Assembly: GCA_050010755.1 (NCBI GenBank)
Contig: JBEKKK010000002.1
Span: 32,001 to 96,000, forward strand
Direction of reading: 5' to 3'
Length of the DNA stretch: 64,000 bases
From: Candidatus Bathyarchaeia archaeon
GTDB lineage: Archaea; Thermoproteota; Bathyarchaeia; Bathyarchaeales; Bathycorpusculaceae
A program made the position numbers and the translations under genes. Shown piece after piece: positions 20,515 through 30,267 of the stretch (position 1 is the first letter of the stretch; every line of letters begins with the position of its first letter). Under the pieces are notes generated by a model. It was given only the letters and a program-made list of their open reading frames with translations, was not told where the DNA came from and ran no database searches.

Positions 20515-20588
20515 GGTTTTTTCACCGCCATTAATAATGTAGGTTTATATGCGGTGTGTTTGCTAATAAAACAGTTTGGTGTTGAAGT

Positions 20589-21347
20589 TTGAAGGTTTTG
20601 CTTCATGAGATGAGTTGGCCTGAGGCTAAGGAGTACTTTTCGAAGAACGACATTGCGATTCTTCCAGTTGGCGCTAATGAGCAGCATGGGGGGGCGAACC
20701 CGTTGGGGACGGATCATCTTATTGCCAAGAGCATCGGGGAGGAGACTGCGAGGCGCACGGGCGTTGTGTGTCTGCAGGTTGTTCCGTTCGGTGTTAGCGC
20801 GCATCATAAGCAGTTTTGGGGGACGATTTTTATTTCTCCTAAGTCGTTGAAGAGTTACGTTAGAGACGCGTGCCAGTCTCTCATGTATTATGGTGTGCGT
20901 AAGATTGTGGTTGTTAACGGTCACGGGGGTAATTTGGCGGCTTTGACGGAGTTGGCTAGGGAGTTGAGGGAGGAAGGGGTTTTCATGTCTGTTTTTCAGT
21001 GGTGGCCCGCGGCTGGGAAGCTTGTGCCCGACGTTTTCACCGCTATAGAACGGAGGCACGCAGGGGCTGAGGAAACATCTGTGAATCTGGCTTTACACCC
21101 GAACCTTGTCAACATGAAAGCAGCGTTTGATGAGAAGCCTCGTGAACACGCGTTACAAGGCGAAGGCCTAACACTACCGTTAAGCACGGTGGATGAGACA
21201 GGCTCAGGCGTTTACGGGACACAATCAACAGCTTCGGCAGAAAAAGGCAAGAAAGTCCTGGAAGCCTGCATAAGCGAGCTAGTCAGACACGTCAACCTGC
21301 TGAAGAAGGCAAGAATGGACGATCTAATACAGAAGCCGAAGGTCTAA
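20589..21347 (+). CDS. Creatininase/mycofactocin peptidase family amidohydrolase
   Basis: PVGANEQHG, GTD, NGHGGN, HAGAEETS. Confidence 0.9.
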   Translation: MKVLLHEMSWPEAKEYFSKNDIAILPVGANEQHGGANPLGTDHLIAKSIGEETARRTGVVCLQVVPFGVSAHHKQFWGTIFISPKSLKSYVRDACQSLMYYGVRKIVVVNGHGGNLAALTELARELREEGVFMSVFQWWPAAGKLVPDVFTAIERRHAGAEETSVNLALHPNLVNMKAAFDEKPREHALQGEGLTLPLSTVDETGSGVYGTQSTASAEKGKKVLEACISELVRHVNLLKKARMDDLIQKPKV

Positions 21348-21370
21348 AAACGAAATTCATGCGAGGGCTG

Positions 21371-21440
21371 GTCCCACGGCTTTTTTTCTTTACGTCTATT
21401 GAAATGTTGCTTTGTAATGTTGCTTTGTAAAGCCGTATTT
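21371..21440. repeat. Dispersed intergenic repeat, copy 5 (diverged subtype A)
   Basis: T7-CTTTACGTCTATTGAAATGTTGCTTTGTAATGTTGCTTTGTAAAG. Confidence 0.75.
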
Positions 21441-21483
21441 AAACGTCCGTGTCGAAGGTTGACGCGGACTGGGAGAATCTGCC

Positions 21484-21543
21484 GGCCCCTCCCTTTTTTT
21501 CACACACATCCAATGTAATGGATCCACATATGTGTCTATGTTG
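21484..21543. repeat. Dispersed intergenic repeat, copy 6 (subtype B, one inner unit)
   Basis: GGCCCCTCCC-T7-CACACACATCCAATGTAATGGATCCACATATGTGTCTATGTTG. Confidence 0.85.
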
Positions 21544-21592
21544 ACAAGCAGAGTTTGCGGCGCCTGCTTAAGATTTCTGTGTTTCAGCTTGA

Positions 21593-23356
21593 CTAGATCT
21601 TTTCGTGAGACATGGTTTTCTTTTTGTAGATTATGATTGCTAGTAGTGTTGCTATCATGAACAATGGCAGAATTAGGAATGATGGAAACTCTGGAACTAC
21701 TGCATATGGAACCGTAAGCGGATAGTAGTCTGTGTTGTTTGCGTCAATGACGTATGATGTGTTCCAGACGCCGTCTGTTTCGGTGGCGTTCGGATACTTT
21801 GTCAGGTAGTCGCTCCAGTAGTTACCCACGCTCCCATTATCCCAAACGTTGGTTCCGCCAGAAAAGAAAGGAGGAACTTGGCTGGTGTTGTTTATGAAGT
21901 TGTTGTGGTATATCGTATTATTGTTAGAAGAAGAATCGAGACAGATTCCCCACAAGTTGTTTGCAACGTTGTTGCCAGATAAAGTGTTATTAGAACAAGA
22001 GCCGAGGCTGATGCCATAGTTTTGGTTTCCTGTTATGTTGTTTCCGGAAATATCGTTGCTGTCACAAGAGTCGAGACAAATGCCTTCGAGCTCGTTTGCG
22101 GTTACGTTGTTTCCAGAAATGCTGTTGCTGTTGGAAGAGTCCTCAAGAAAGATGCCCTGGCCACTTCCAGCTGCACTGTTGTCTGAAATAGTGTTATTGT
22201 TACAAGACTCCATGAGAACGATGCCTACGCCGAACCCTGTTACATTAGCTGTTACGACGTTTCCAGAGATAATGTTGTCATTACAAGAATTCTCGAGATT
22301 TATGCCATCGCTGGTGCCTGTAAGGTCAATTAAGGCGTTTCCAGAAATAGTGTTATTATTAGAAGAATCCGTGAGAAGAATAGCTATTTGTCCATCGTAG
22401 TCGTTTGTGACGTTGTTGCCAGACAAAGTGTTACTGGAAGAAAACTCGAGGTCAATGCCCAACTTGTTGTCTGCGATGTTGTTGCCGGTGATTTTTGAGT
22501 CGTTTGTATAAGCGAGTAGAAGTCCTTGGCCGTTGTTTGTTAGGTTCATACCTTGCACGGTCACGTTGACACAGCCAACGAAGCCCAAGAATCCAACCTC
22601 TGGATATGCATCAGGGTTTACTATCATGTTCGACTGGTTCACGAAGTAATAGACGGGTTTACCGTCCACGAGGTTTGAGGCGTCAATGGACTGTGGAAAG
22701 TCGCCAAAAACAGTGCCAAGGACGCCAAAGTTGTATTCGTTTCCCACCATAACGTTGTCAGATAAAGTGTTGCCAGAAGAAGATTCGAGATAAATGCCAT
22801 AATCGAGGTTTGCCGTAACGTTGTTGCCAGACAAAGTGTTCCCAGAAGAAGCGTAGAGCGCAATGCCCTCCCCGTTGTTTGCGATGTTGTTGCCAGACAA
22901 AGAGTTATTAGAAGAATAAGAGCCGAGTTCAATGCCATCCACGCTGTTTGCCGTAACGTTGTTGCCAGACAAAGTGCAGTTAGAAGAAGAGTAGAGCCAA
23001 GTGCCATATGTGAAGTTCTTTATCGTCAGGTTTCTTACTGTCACGTTGCTTATGCCCGTAAGCGCTATTCCGTCGCTGCTGGAAGAGTTGCTTCCAGTCA
23101 CGGTGTAGTCTGCCCCATTCAAAACAATGTTGTCTCTCTCAATCACGATTCCATCGCTAACGGCGGTGATGTTGCCAGTTAACGTGTATGTGACATTATC
23201 TGCAGTGTAAATGGGAGCTGTTGACGGGCTTATGCTTCCGTCTGCATTGATGGTAATGGTTCCACCCTCAGCCTTGACTACTCTTATCAATCCCGTCATT
23301 GACGATACGGAAAGCAAAAGCAGAATTGCAATCAAAGCAAAAACAACTCTGTTCAT
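21593..23356 (-). CDS. NosD-like parallel beta-helix surface protein with PEF-CTERM-like sorting signal
   Basis: GIxLxxSxNNTISGN repeats, GNYWSDY, D.YPL, VPEFP-TM-KKK; signal peptide MNRVV. Confidence 0.9.
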   Translation of the reverse strand: MNRVVFALIAILLLLSVSSMTGLIRVVKAEGGTITINADGSISPSTAPIYTADNVTYTLTGNITAVSDGIVIERDNIVLNGADYTVTGSNSSSSDGIALTGISNVTVRNLTIKNFTYGTWLYSSSNCTLSGNNVTANSVDGIELGSYSSNNSLSGNNIANNGEGIALYASSGNTLSGNNVTANLDYGIYLESSSGNTLSDNVMVGNEYNFGVLGTVFGDFPQSIDASNLVDGKPVYYFVNQSNMIVNPDAYPEVGFLGFVGCVNVTVQGMNLTNNGQGLLLAYTNDSKITGNNIADNKLGIDLEFSSSNTLSGNNVTNDYDGQIAILLTDSSNNNTISGNALIDLTGTSDGINLENSCNDNIISGNVVTANVTGFGVGIVLMESCNNNTISDNSAAGSGQGIFLEDSSNSNSISGNNVTANELEGICLDSCDSNDISGNNITGNQNYGISLGSCSNNTLSGNNVANNLWGICLDSSSNNNTIYHNNFINNTSQVPPFFSGGTNVWDNGSVGNYWSDYLTKYPNATETDGVWNTSYVIDANNTDYYPLTVPYAVVPEFPSFLILPLFMIATLLAIIIYKKKTMSHEKI

Positions 23357-23470
23357 CCTATCCCCTTCCACGCATAATTCATAGGTTGATTGAATCAATA
23401 CTTATGATTTTTGGAAGAATCCTCAATTGAAATCGTGACTATAAGCAAACAAAAGGGAGCCCAGCGCGCT

Positions 23471-23541
23471 GGCTTGTCCCAAAATTAAGTGTTGAAGTAA
23501 GTCGGTGACACTGCTTTGTCTTTTCGCTAGGTGTTTTGAGC
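23471..23541 (-). mobile_element. Truncated right end of an IS related to 45976-47074
   Basis: Reverse strand encodes DKAVSPTYFNT*, the same C-terminus as the transposase, followed by TIR GGGACAAGCC and AGCGCGCT. Confidence 0.88.
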
Positions 23542-23591
23542 GCGTGTTTTAAATTCATCAGTCCCTGATTGGAGCTAATAGCTGGCGGTTC

Positions 23592-24509
23592 TTGGTGATC
23601 GATACAGAAAACCTGACAAAAAAATTCGGGAACCTTACAGCCGTTGACAGCCTCACGCTGCATGTTAATGATGGCGAAGTTTTCGGCTTTCTCGGTCCGA
23701 ATGGCGCAGGGAAAACAACGACTGTCAGAATGCTTTGCTGTCTAATATCAAAGACTGGCGGCTCTGCGAAGATAGGAAATTACGAAGTCGGAAACAGAGC
23801 AGATCAACAGAAAATAAGAAGAATGATCGGTCTACTGACTGAAAATGTCGGTCTCTACGAGGAACTGAGCGCCTATGACAATCTCGATTTTTACGGTCGA
23901 TTCTACAGGCTGGACGAACAGAAAAGGAAAGAGCAAATACAGTATCTTCTCAAGATGCTGGGGTTATGGGAAAGAAGAAACGAAGCAGCAGGAACTTTTT
24001 CCAAGGGGATGAAGCAGAAACTCGCAATAGCCCGCGCCCTCATCCATGACCCACAAGTCCTGTTCTTGGATGAGCCAACTGCAAACCTCGATCCGGAAGC
24101 CGCTAAGACGGTTAGAGACTTCATTCTCGAGCTGAAAAAGGAGAAAAGAACAATCTTCCTAAATACGCATCTTTTGGATGAGGCTGAAAAGATCTGTGAC
24201 CGGGTTGCGATACTAAACACTCGACTAATCGCAACAGGCACCCCGCAAGAGCTAAGGCGTTCGCTATCTGGCAGAAAGATAAAGGTTCAGCTTCAGCGGG
24301 TTGATAATGTAATCGTGGAAGCGATAAAGAAAATCGGTTTCCAAGTTTCCGAGGTAACTCCTAATAGTCTAGTCGTTGATGTCAGCGACCCTGAAAAAGA
24401 GAATCCAGCAATTTTAAAAGCGATTGAAGCTGCAGGCGGACACGTGCAATTCGTAACGGAGATCGGCTCGTCTTTAGAAGATGTGTATCTCAAGCTTGTG
24501 AGGGGATGA
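23592..24509 (+). CDS. ABC-2 type transporter ATP-binding protein
   Basis: GPNGAGKTT, FSKGMKQK, FLDEPT, NTH. Confidence 0.95.
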   Translation: MVIDTENLTKKFGNLTAVDSLTLHVNDGEVFGFLGPNGAGKTTTVRMLCCLISKTGGSAKIGNYEVGNRADQQKIRRMIGLLTENVGLYEELSAYDNLDFYGRFYRLDEQKRKEQIQYLLKMLGLWERRNEAAGTFSKGMKQKLAIARALIHDPQVLFLDEPTANLDPEAAKTVRDFILELKKEKRTIFLNTHLLDEAEKICDRVAILNTRLIATGTPQELRRSLSGRKIKVQLQRVDNVIVEAIKKIGFQVSEVTPNSLVVDVSDPEKENPAILKAIEAAGGHVQFVTEIGSSLEDVYLKLVRG

Positions 24510-25255
24510 AAAAAATGGATTTGCGAAGCGCTTGGGCAGTTGCCGCAAAAGACTTCAAGATCTTCAAACGGAAGAGTACAGTCATCTATGCATGTATTGC
24601 TATTCCTCTTGTAGTCGGAATTGCGTTCCCATTGATTGTGCAGTATGCACTGCACATTGGCAGCGGTCATGGAATAACCGCCTTAACTGTTCCCAGGTAC
24701 ATGGACGCGTTCTCGGTATGGTTTCTCATAGGAGCAGCCATAATTCCCGCCACTATAGCCTCCTACAGTTTAGTAGGAGAGAAGATCCAAAAGAGCTTGG
24801 AACCACTTCTGGCAACGCCAATGACCGACGGAGAAATCCTGTTGGGCAAAACCATTTCAGGGCTCGTCGTACCTTTAGCGGCGATCTATGCCGGTTCAGT
24901 GATATACATGTCGCTCATGGATTTGGTGACGCACAGCACACTGGGCTATCTTTACTATCCTAACTGGCATATGGGGGCGATTTTGCTTGTTGCGCCATTG
25001 ATATGTCTTCTCAGCGTTGAACTAAATATCATTATCTCATCCAGACTAAACGATGTGCGATCAGCGCAACAAATGGGAATGCTGGCCGCATTCCCCTTCA
25101 TTGGATTATACGTAGCGTCTGAAGTTGGATTCTTTGCGTTCAATGACACAAATCTGATGATTTTGGCAGGTATTATCTTGGTAATAGATGTGGTTGTCTT
25201 CTTTGTCAGCAGGGTCACATTCCAGAGGGAGGAAATACTGACAAAATGGAAGTAA
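24506..25255 (+). CDS. ABC-2 type transporter permease
   Basis: 6 TM, SLVGEK..SLEPLLATP; overlaps the ATPase stop. Confidence 0.9.
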   Translation: MKKMDLRSAWAVAAKDFKIFKRKSTVIYACIAIPLVVGIAFPLIVQYALHIGSGHGITALTVPRYMDAFSVWFLIGAAIIPATIASYSLVGEKIQKSLEPLLATPMTDGEILLGKTISGLVVPLAAIYAGSVIYMSLMDLVTHSTLGYLYYPNWHMGAILLVAPLICLLSVELNIIISSRLNDVRSAQQMGMLAAFPFIGLYVASEVGFFAFNDTNLMILAGIILVIDVVVFFVSRVTFQREEILTKWK

Positions 25256-25311
25256 AGGCTCTTTATCTTTGCCGAGAAGTGAAAAGCACAATTAATGAGA
25301 GGTAGTAGTAA

Positions 25312-25563
25312 ATGACAAAAGCCAAGTTTGAAATAGGAGAGACTGAAAAACATACCATTATTATTAATGCGAGCGCGCTTCTAAAATACATCAAGATAGA
25401 AGTGGATGGCGAAAAAGTCGTTAATGAAGCAAACTTTCAGCCATTGCCAAAGAAGTTCCAGTTGGACGTGGGAAATTCCGAAAAGCATCATTTGGAAATC
25501 AGCGCTGGACCGTTCTCGCCTATCAAACTATTCGTGGACGGAAAAGAAGCTCAAAAAACCTGA
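25312..25563 (+). CDS. Hypothetical protein with two internal beta repeats
   Basis: SD GAGGT; IGETEKH / VGNSEKH and VDG repeats. Confidence 0.7.
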   Translation: MTKAKFEIGETEKHTIIINASALLKYIKIEVDGEKVVNEANFQPLPKKFQLDVGNSEKHHLEISAGPFSPIKLFVDGKEAQKT

Positions 25564-25695
25564 AAGTGCATCGCGCGCGCCCGGTATGCACCGAAAAGCC
25601 CCGATGGCTAACAAACAATCCCTTAAGAAGTCAGAAGTTGCGAAGGGTTATTTGACAAATCTGAAGTTTAATTAGGCATTTGCAACTATTCTTTC

Positions 25696-26643
25696 TTGGA
25701 GAGGACTGGTTTGGCACATAACCTACTTCGCAAAACGATTGTAGCTGTTCTCATTACAATGCTTCTTATCCTCATAAGTTCGACAATCGTGATAGCTTCG
25801 ATGCCTATCGAAAGCTTTCCTATCAGAGGCACGTTCACGTACAACGTATGGGTTGAGCCAGACTACGAGGCCAACGTCGACCCTGTTTCATTTGTCTACT
25901 CCATTTCGTCTGTTGCCTTCAGCTACGGTTCGTACTGGGATGTTACTACTCCTGTTTATCAGTCTTTACCGATGGACAGGCTGAGAATCTTTCCGGACAC
26001 GTTAGAAGACGACCTTTTGGGTGTGGGTAATGGATCGCCCCTTGCTGACGATGACAACTTTCACGTCGCCGTCTCGTACTCTTGGCTGAATACTCGAAAC
26101 AGTTCGTCCAATTCTCCCGTGAGCGGCACTTATTGGGTTGCCAATTCCAGAGGAATCACTCCTCCAGATGGAAATGATGAAGGATACCAATTTCCAACGG
26201 TTGTAGTTGACTTGAACGATATTATCTCCAGATCAAACGTCATAAACGACACGTTAACCCTGACATGGAGCCTTAATTTCGGTCGATTAATAGCCACCTT
26301 TGACACTCACCCGCCCCAGCAGGGCTTCATGAAATCTGCATGGATAGATCAAACCTATGTGCAAGATTATACACTGTACGTGCAGGTTGTAAACGGAACT
26401 GCAATCACAGTGACGGCCAGCAACGAAACGACAGGCATTTCATACTCCTCAGCCCCGGGCATCCTCTTCAACACTACAGAATGGGTTTATCAGGATTCAC
26501 TGGACATTCCAAACCCAACTGTCCTGCAGGCGAAAGAAGACATTCCTATTCTTTTGGCAGCAAGCTTCATTCTAGCATGCGCAATTCCGATAGCTCAATA
26601 CTATCCAAGACCGAAGCAAACGCCCGTACCAGAACCTGGCTAG
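25696..26643 (+). CDS. Hypothetical secreted/membrane-anchored protein
   Basis: N-terminal hydrophobic signal, C-terminal TM. Confidence 0.7.
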   Translation: MERTGLAHNLLRKTIVAVLITMLLILISSTIVIASMPIESFPIRGTFTYNVWVEPDYEANVDPVSFVYSISSVAFSYGSYWDVTTPVYQSLPMDRLRIFPDTLEDDLLGVGNGSPLADDDNFHVAVSYSWLNTRNSSSNSPVSGTYWVANSRGITPPDGNDEGYQFPTVVVDLNDIISRSNVINDTLTLTWSLNFGRLIATFDTHPPQQGFMKSAWIDQTYVQDYTLYVQVVNGTAITVTASNETTGISYSSAPGILFNTTEWVYQDSLDIPNPTVLQAKEDIPILLAASFILACAIPIAQYYPRPKQTPVPEPG

Positions 26644-26772
26644 TGCATCTGGATTTCTGCTCGTCGCAAACCAGCAAATTTGTTCCGGCTTAGGGCGAAG
26701 AAGCTTCATTCTCGATACGAGAAAATCTTATACAGTGCAACGTTGCTTTGTCATCATTGATCAAGCAAAAAG

Positions 26773-27339
26773 GTGGGGTCGACGGCGAGAAAACTCCCTC
26801 GTAGATACATTGGCATCGCAGTTATTCTTGTCTTGGTTGCCGTTTTTGGCGCAGAAGTTTACGCACATAATTACGTGCAGGTTGCCACCTTGCCAGTTGT
26901 AACGGCCGATTATGCCCTAAGTCATCTGAGAGCAATGAATATCGCGATAAATGATACATACATATTTTCAAGTAACGGGGCCACGTGGTTGCTGGTATTA
27001 TCATTGTATAGAATTTCAAATCCAGGGGCCGTTTTGCTGTACGTTTTCAAAATTCAAGAAAATACAACTTTTTTCACTCAGAGCGTTGACCTCGTGGGCG
27101 TAAGTTTTGACGTTTCATCTCGACCCATGAATATCGTTCTCCCATACTCGAGCATTAGCTTCGGACTCAACGATGGCAACAGCAGTATTCTTCTTGCGCA
27201 ATATACGGTCAGCTCTCCAGGAACCTTTTATTTTGATTTTGCCTTCACCTTCAAGACTTACGAAAAGACACTAGTTGGCATTCTGTCAAGTGGCAAAATG
27301 ACTGTTCTCTTCACAGAAAACATTGCTATTCCAGAATAG
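26773..27339 (+). CDS. Hypothetical membrane-anchored protein
   Basis: N-terminal TM, beta-rich body. Confidence 0.65.
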   Translation: MGSTARKLPRRYIGIAVILVLVAVFGAEVYAHNYVQVATLPVVTADYALSHLRAMNIAINDTYIFSSNGATWLLVLSLYRISNPGAVLLYVFKIQENTTFFTQSVDLVGVSFDVSSRPMNIVLPYSSISFGLNDGNSSILLAQYTVSSPGTFYFDFAFTFKTYEKTLVGILSSGKMTVLFTENIAIPE

Positions 27340-27431
27340 CGCGAGGCTGTCGCCAATAACTTAACAGTATCAGCAGACAGATAAGATTTAATTTAGGTCT
27401 GTAAACTAGGATAGAGCGATAGATCTTTAAA

Positions 27432-27519
27432 GCGGGGGTTGCCAAGCATGGTCAAAGGCGTAGGCCTGAGGCGCCTATCCTGTAGGGGTTCGTGGGTTCA
27501 AATCCCACCCCCCGCACCA
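27432..27519 (+). tRNA. tRNA-Leu (GAG), CCA encoded
   Basis: GCGGGGG/CCCCCGC acceptor stem, TAGGC-CTGAGGC-GCCTA anticodon arm, long variable arm, GGTTCAAATCCC T arm. Confidence 0.95.
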
Positions 27520-28445
27520 TCATTGAACACCCCGCTGTTAATGAGATTCTGACCAAATATCTGAACTATTTGCTATGCAAGAAAGCCTTGAAGCCAACTA
27601 CCATCAAGCGAAAAGTCAAGACAATCAAGAGCCTTTTGAAACACGGTGTTGAACTGCCTAATCCAGACAATGTGATAGCCTTCTTGAATACTAGTGGTTG
27701 GGCTAGTGGAACTAAGGACATCACGATTGACGCTTATCGAGACTATCTGAATATGCTGGGATTGACAGAGGTCAAGTTGCCTCACATTAGAAGAGAGGAG
27801 ACTTTGCCTTTTGTTCCGTTGGAAGAAGAACTGGATTCCGTCATTTCAAGTGTTAGAACGAAGATGGCAACGTTTCTCAGGGTGCTGAAAGATACGGGTG
27901 CTCGACCTATTGAGGCTTGGACGTTGAAATGGACTGACATTAGCACAACTGCTAAGTGTGTTACTATTACGCCAGCAAAATACAGTCACGCAAGGAAACT
28001 CGGCATTACGGAGCAGACATTGAATATGCTTCTAGCCCTGCCAAAGAAGAACCAATACGTTTTTTCCTCAAGCGGTCAAAGAGACAGATTCGCTGATGAA
28101 CTGGAGCATTTCGCTATCAATTTTGTCAAAGCAAGAACCAGAGTAGCAAATAAGATGCAAAACCCTCGAATCAGGTTGATAAGTCTTAGGACTTTTAGAC
28201 ATTGGAAAGCCACAATGCTCTACCACAGAACAAAAGACATTCTGTTTGTCAAGGAAAGTCTTGGGCACGTCAACATTCAGAATACGCTAAGATACATCCA
28301 TTTAGCAAACGCTGTTGCGACTATTCAGGACGAATATGTGTGCAAGGCGGCTAAGACAATCGAAGACGCATCGCAATTGATTGAGAACGGATTTGAGTAT
28401 ATCTGTGACCTTGATGATGCGAGATTATTCAGGAAAAGGAAGTGA
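27492..28445 (+). CDS. Tyrosine recombinase, int(C) part of a split integrase
   Basis: TGARPIE (R), AK, RTFRH (RH), LGH, RY catalytic set; ORF starts inside the tRNA T arm. Confidence 0.92.
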   Translation: MGSNPTPRTIIEHPAVNEILTKYLNYLLCKKALKPTTIKRKVKTIKSLLKHGVELPNPDNVIAFLNTSGWASGTKDITIDAYRDYLNMLGLTEVKLPHIRREETLPFVPLEEELDSVISSVRTKMATFLRVLKDTGARPIEAWTLKWTDISTTAKCVTITPAKYSHARKLGITEQTLNMLLALPKKNQYVFSSSGQRDRFADELEHFAINFVKARTRVANKMQNPRIRLISLRTFRHWKATMLYHRTKDILFVKESLGHVNIQNTLRYIHLANAVATIQDEYVCKAAKTIEDASQLIENGFEYICDLDDARLFRKRK

Positions 28446-28450
28446 GAACA

Positions 28451-28546
28451 ATGACTGAGCGAGAACAGATTATTGAGTTACTGAAAGAAATCAGCAAGAA
28501 ACTTGACGAAGCAAATTCGCTCTTGAACCAAATCGCCTTTAAATAA
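28451..28546 (+). CDS. 31-aa coiled-coil peptide downstream of integrase
   Basis: MTEREQIIELLKEISKKLDEANSLLNQIAFK*, ATG 5 nt after int stop, followed by T-rich terminator-like tract. Confidence 0.55.
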   Translation: MTEREQIIELLKEISKKLDEANSLLNQIAFK

Positions 28547-28699
28547 TAGCCCCACTTTTTTCCATTTTCGTTTTTCTAGTCTATTTCCCAGTTGTAACTT
28601 TTTCTGCAAAACCGAAAACTGGCGTGAAAGGACTGAAAAGAAACTATCAGCAACCATATTCAGCCATCAATTCAAGCTATCATACACTTCGATGATGCA

Positions 28700-28980
28700 T
28701 TAACACTTTTTGTTAAGTAGTCTCCATCATCTCAACGTAGATTTTCTGTCTTTTCCCTATCTTATATAATTCATTAGTTGTTGAGTATAGTATCGATGAT
28801 TGATGTAGTTACTAGGTTAATCACTATTACAATTCTAACTAACAGTAACTGACTACCTAACTGACTGATAACTAACAAAAACTGTAAATACAGCATCGAA
28901 AAAGTGACGGGTTCGCTTTTGTCTGTTGTGTTGGTGTGGATGTTAAAAGAAATATTCGTGCGTTTAACACTTTTTGTTAA
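28700..28980. repeat. Two identical 17-bp imperfect palindromes TTAACACTTTTTGTTAA flanking an AT-rich tract
   Basis: Copies at 28700-28716 and 28964-28980; related inverted copy at 29711. Confidence 0.75.
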
Positions 28981-29657
28981 TGAATGACTTGAAGGTAGCT
29001 GGGCTTTAGACGTGTCTGTTGCTTTGGTTGCAAGAATCTGTTACCATAGTATTCCTTTTTCAGCCAGTAGAAATTCCTGATGAGTTTGCCTTTCGCTTTT
29101 TGTTCTTGTGCAGGAGTCAGTATTTGCATCCCTAAACCGTGGACTTTCCAGCCGTGTTTATTGAGATAAAGGCGGAGTGATTTTCTAGGCTTGAAACTGA
29201 AAAGGACAATCTTGTGCCTGTGGTTGAGGGGATACCGTCTTTTTATGACGTTCTTGTCAAGCCAATCCTCTGAAACTGTATGGTCAACTTGTTTCTTGCT
29301 CAGGTTTTTGCATTCGATGACCACATCAATTCTCGGTATGGTTATGTCTGCTCGCTTGTTTTGGTAGCAGGGATACGTGTTATCGAAAGGGTTATGATTG
29401 TGCGGTATCTTCAAAGAGTATAAGGCTGTGCTAACTGCCCTTTCCAGCAACAAGCCCTTAATGTCGTTTCTGTTGAGCCGTTTTCCCATAGCAAGACGTT
29501 TCAATTCAAGCTGAGACATCTTACACACTAGGGGTTGCGCACCTTGCTTCACACAGCACCTACAACATATACCAATACGGCAGACTGACCCACTATCAAG
29601 AGTTATCCTAGTATATTCTTGTCCGCATACTGTGCACTTGTAGTCTATTATGTTCAT
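28977..29657 (-). CDS. Zn-finger plus PD-(D/E)xK nuclease-fold protein
   Basis: CTVC...CCRCC N-terminus; LLE..V, RADITI...IECKN. Confidence 0.7.
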   Translation of the reverse strand: MNIIDYKCTVCGQEYTRITLDSGSVCRIGICCRCCVKQGAQPLVCKMSQLELKRLAMGKRLNRNDIKGLLLERAVSTALYSLKIPHNHNPFDNTYPCYQNKRADITIPRIDVVIECKNLSKKQVDHTVSEDWLDKNVIKRRYPLNHRHKIVLFSFKPRKSLRLYLNKHGWKVHGLGMQILTPAQEQKAKGKLIRNFYWLKKEYYGNRFLQPKQQTRLKPSYLQVIH

Positions 29658-30267
29658 TGGGCTTGGATAGACTGCCGTTCGGTTATGTAATTTATGAATA
29701 GAGAATCAGTTTAACAAAAATTGTTTTAACAAAAGTATATTTGCATAAAGGGTTTGGTAAGTCGAAAAACCGTAGTGGTTGCTCGCTTAAAGTCTCATAA
29801 AAAAGATACTATTATCAATTTGGGGTCTATTCATTGAAAGAAACTTGCTGTGGATTCTATAAACTACTCTCTCAGCCCAACAACCCCTATTTCCTTTTGG
29901 CTGGCTAAAAAGCCGTTTGTGAAAAGATGCTTATGGAATGGGGGATTTCGGTTCTTGCGTCAAATATGGCGTAAGTCGCCTTTGAAATCGAATGGGAATC
30001 GGCTAGAAAATGGCTGCAAAAAGCCAGTTTAAAAATTCCAGCTTAAAAATCAAATTTTTCGAAAAATCGCCGCTATGTACTCTCTTTCCCTTCAACCAGT
30101 TTATCTCCCCTGCCTTCTGTCACCCTAGCCAAATCATTTGGTCATACGTCCGTGTATGCTTGAAATGGTGCTGGATAGTGGATGGTATTAACAATTATTG
30201 ATAAGTGATATAGAGGTTGATTGGTTCCTTTCGCCTTTCCTCTATCAACTTGTATTTCTCATTCTTA

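Noticed and set aside
21900-22990. DNA repeat array (ACGTTGTTGCCAGACAAAG copies)
   Set aside because: These are coding repeats of the beta-helix protein; no reverse transcriptase or TR/VR pair to suggest a DGR.
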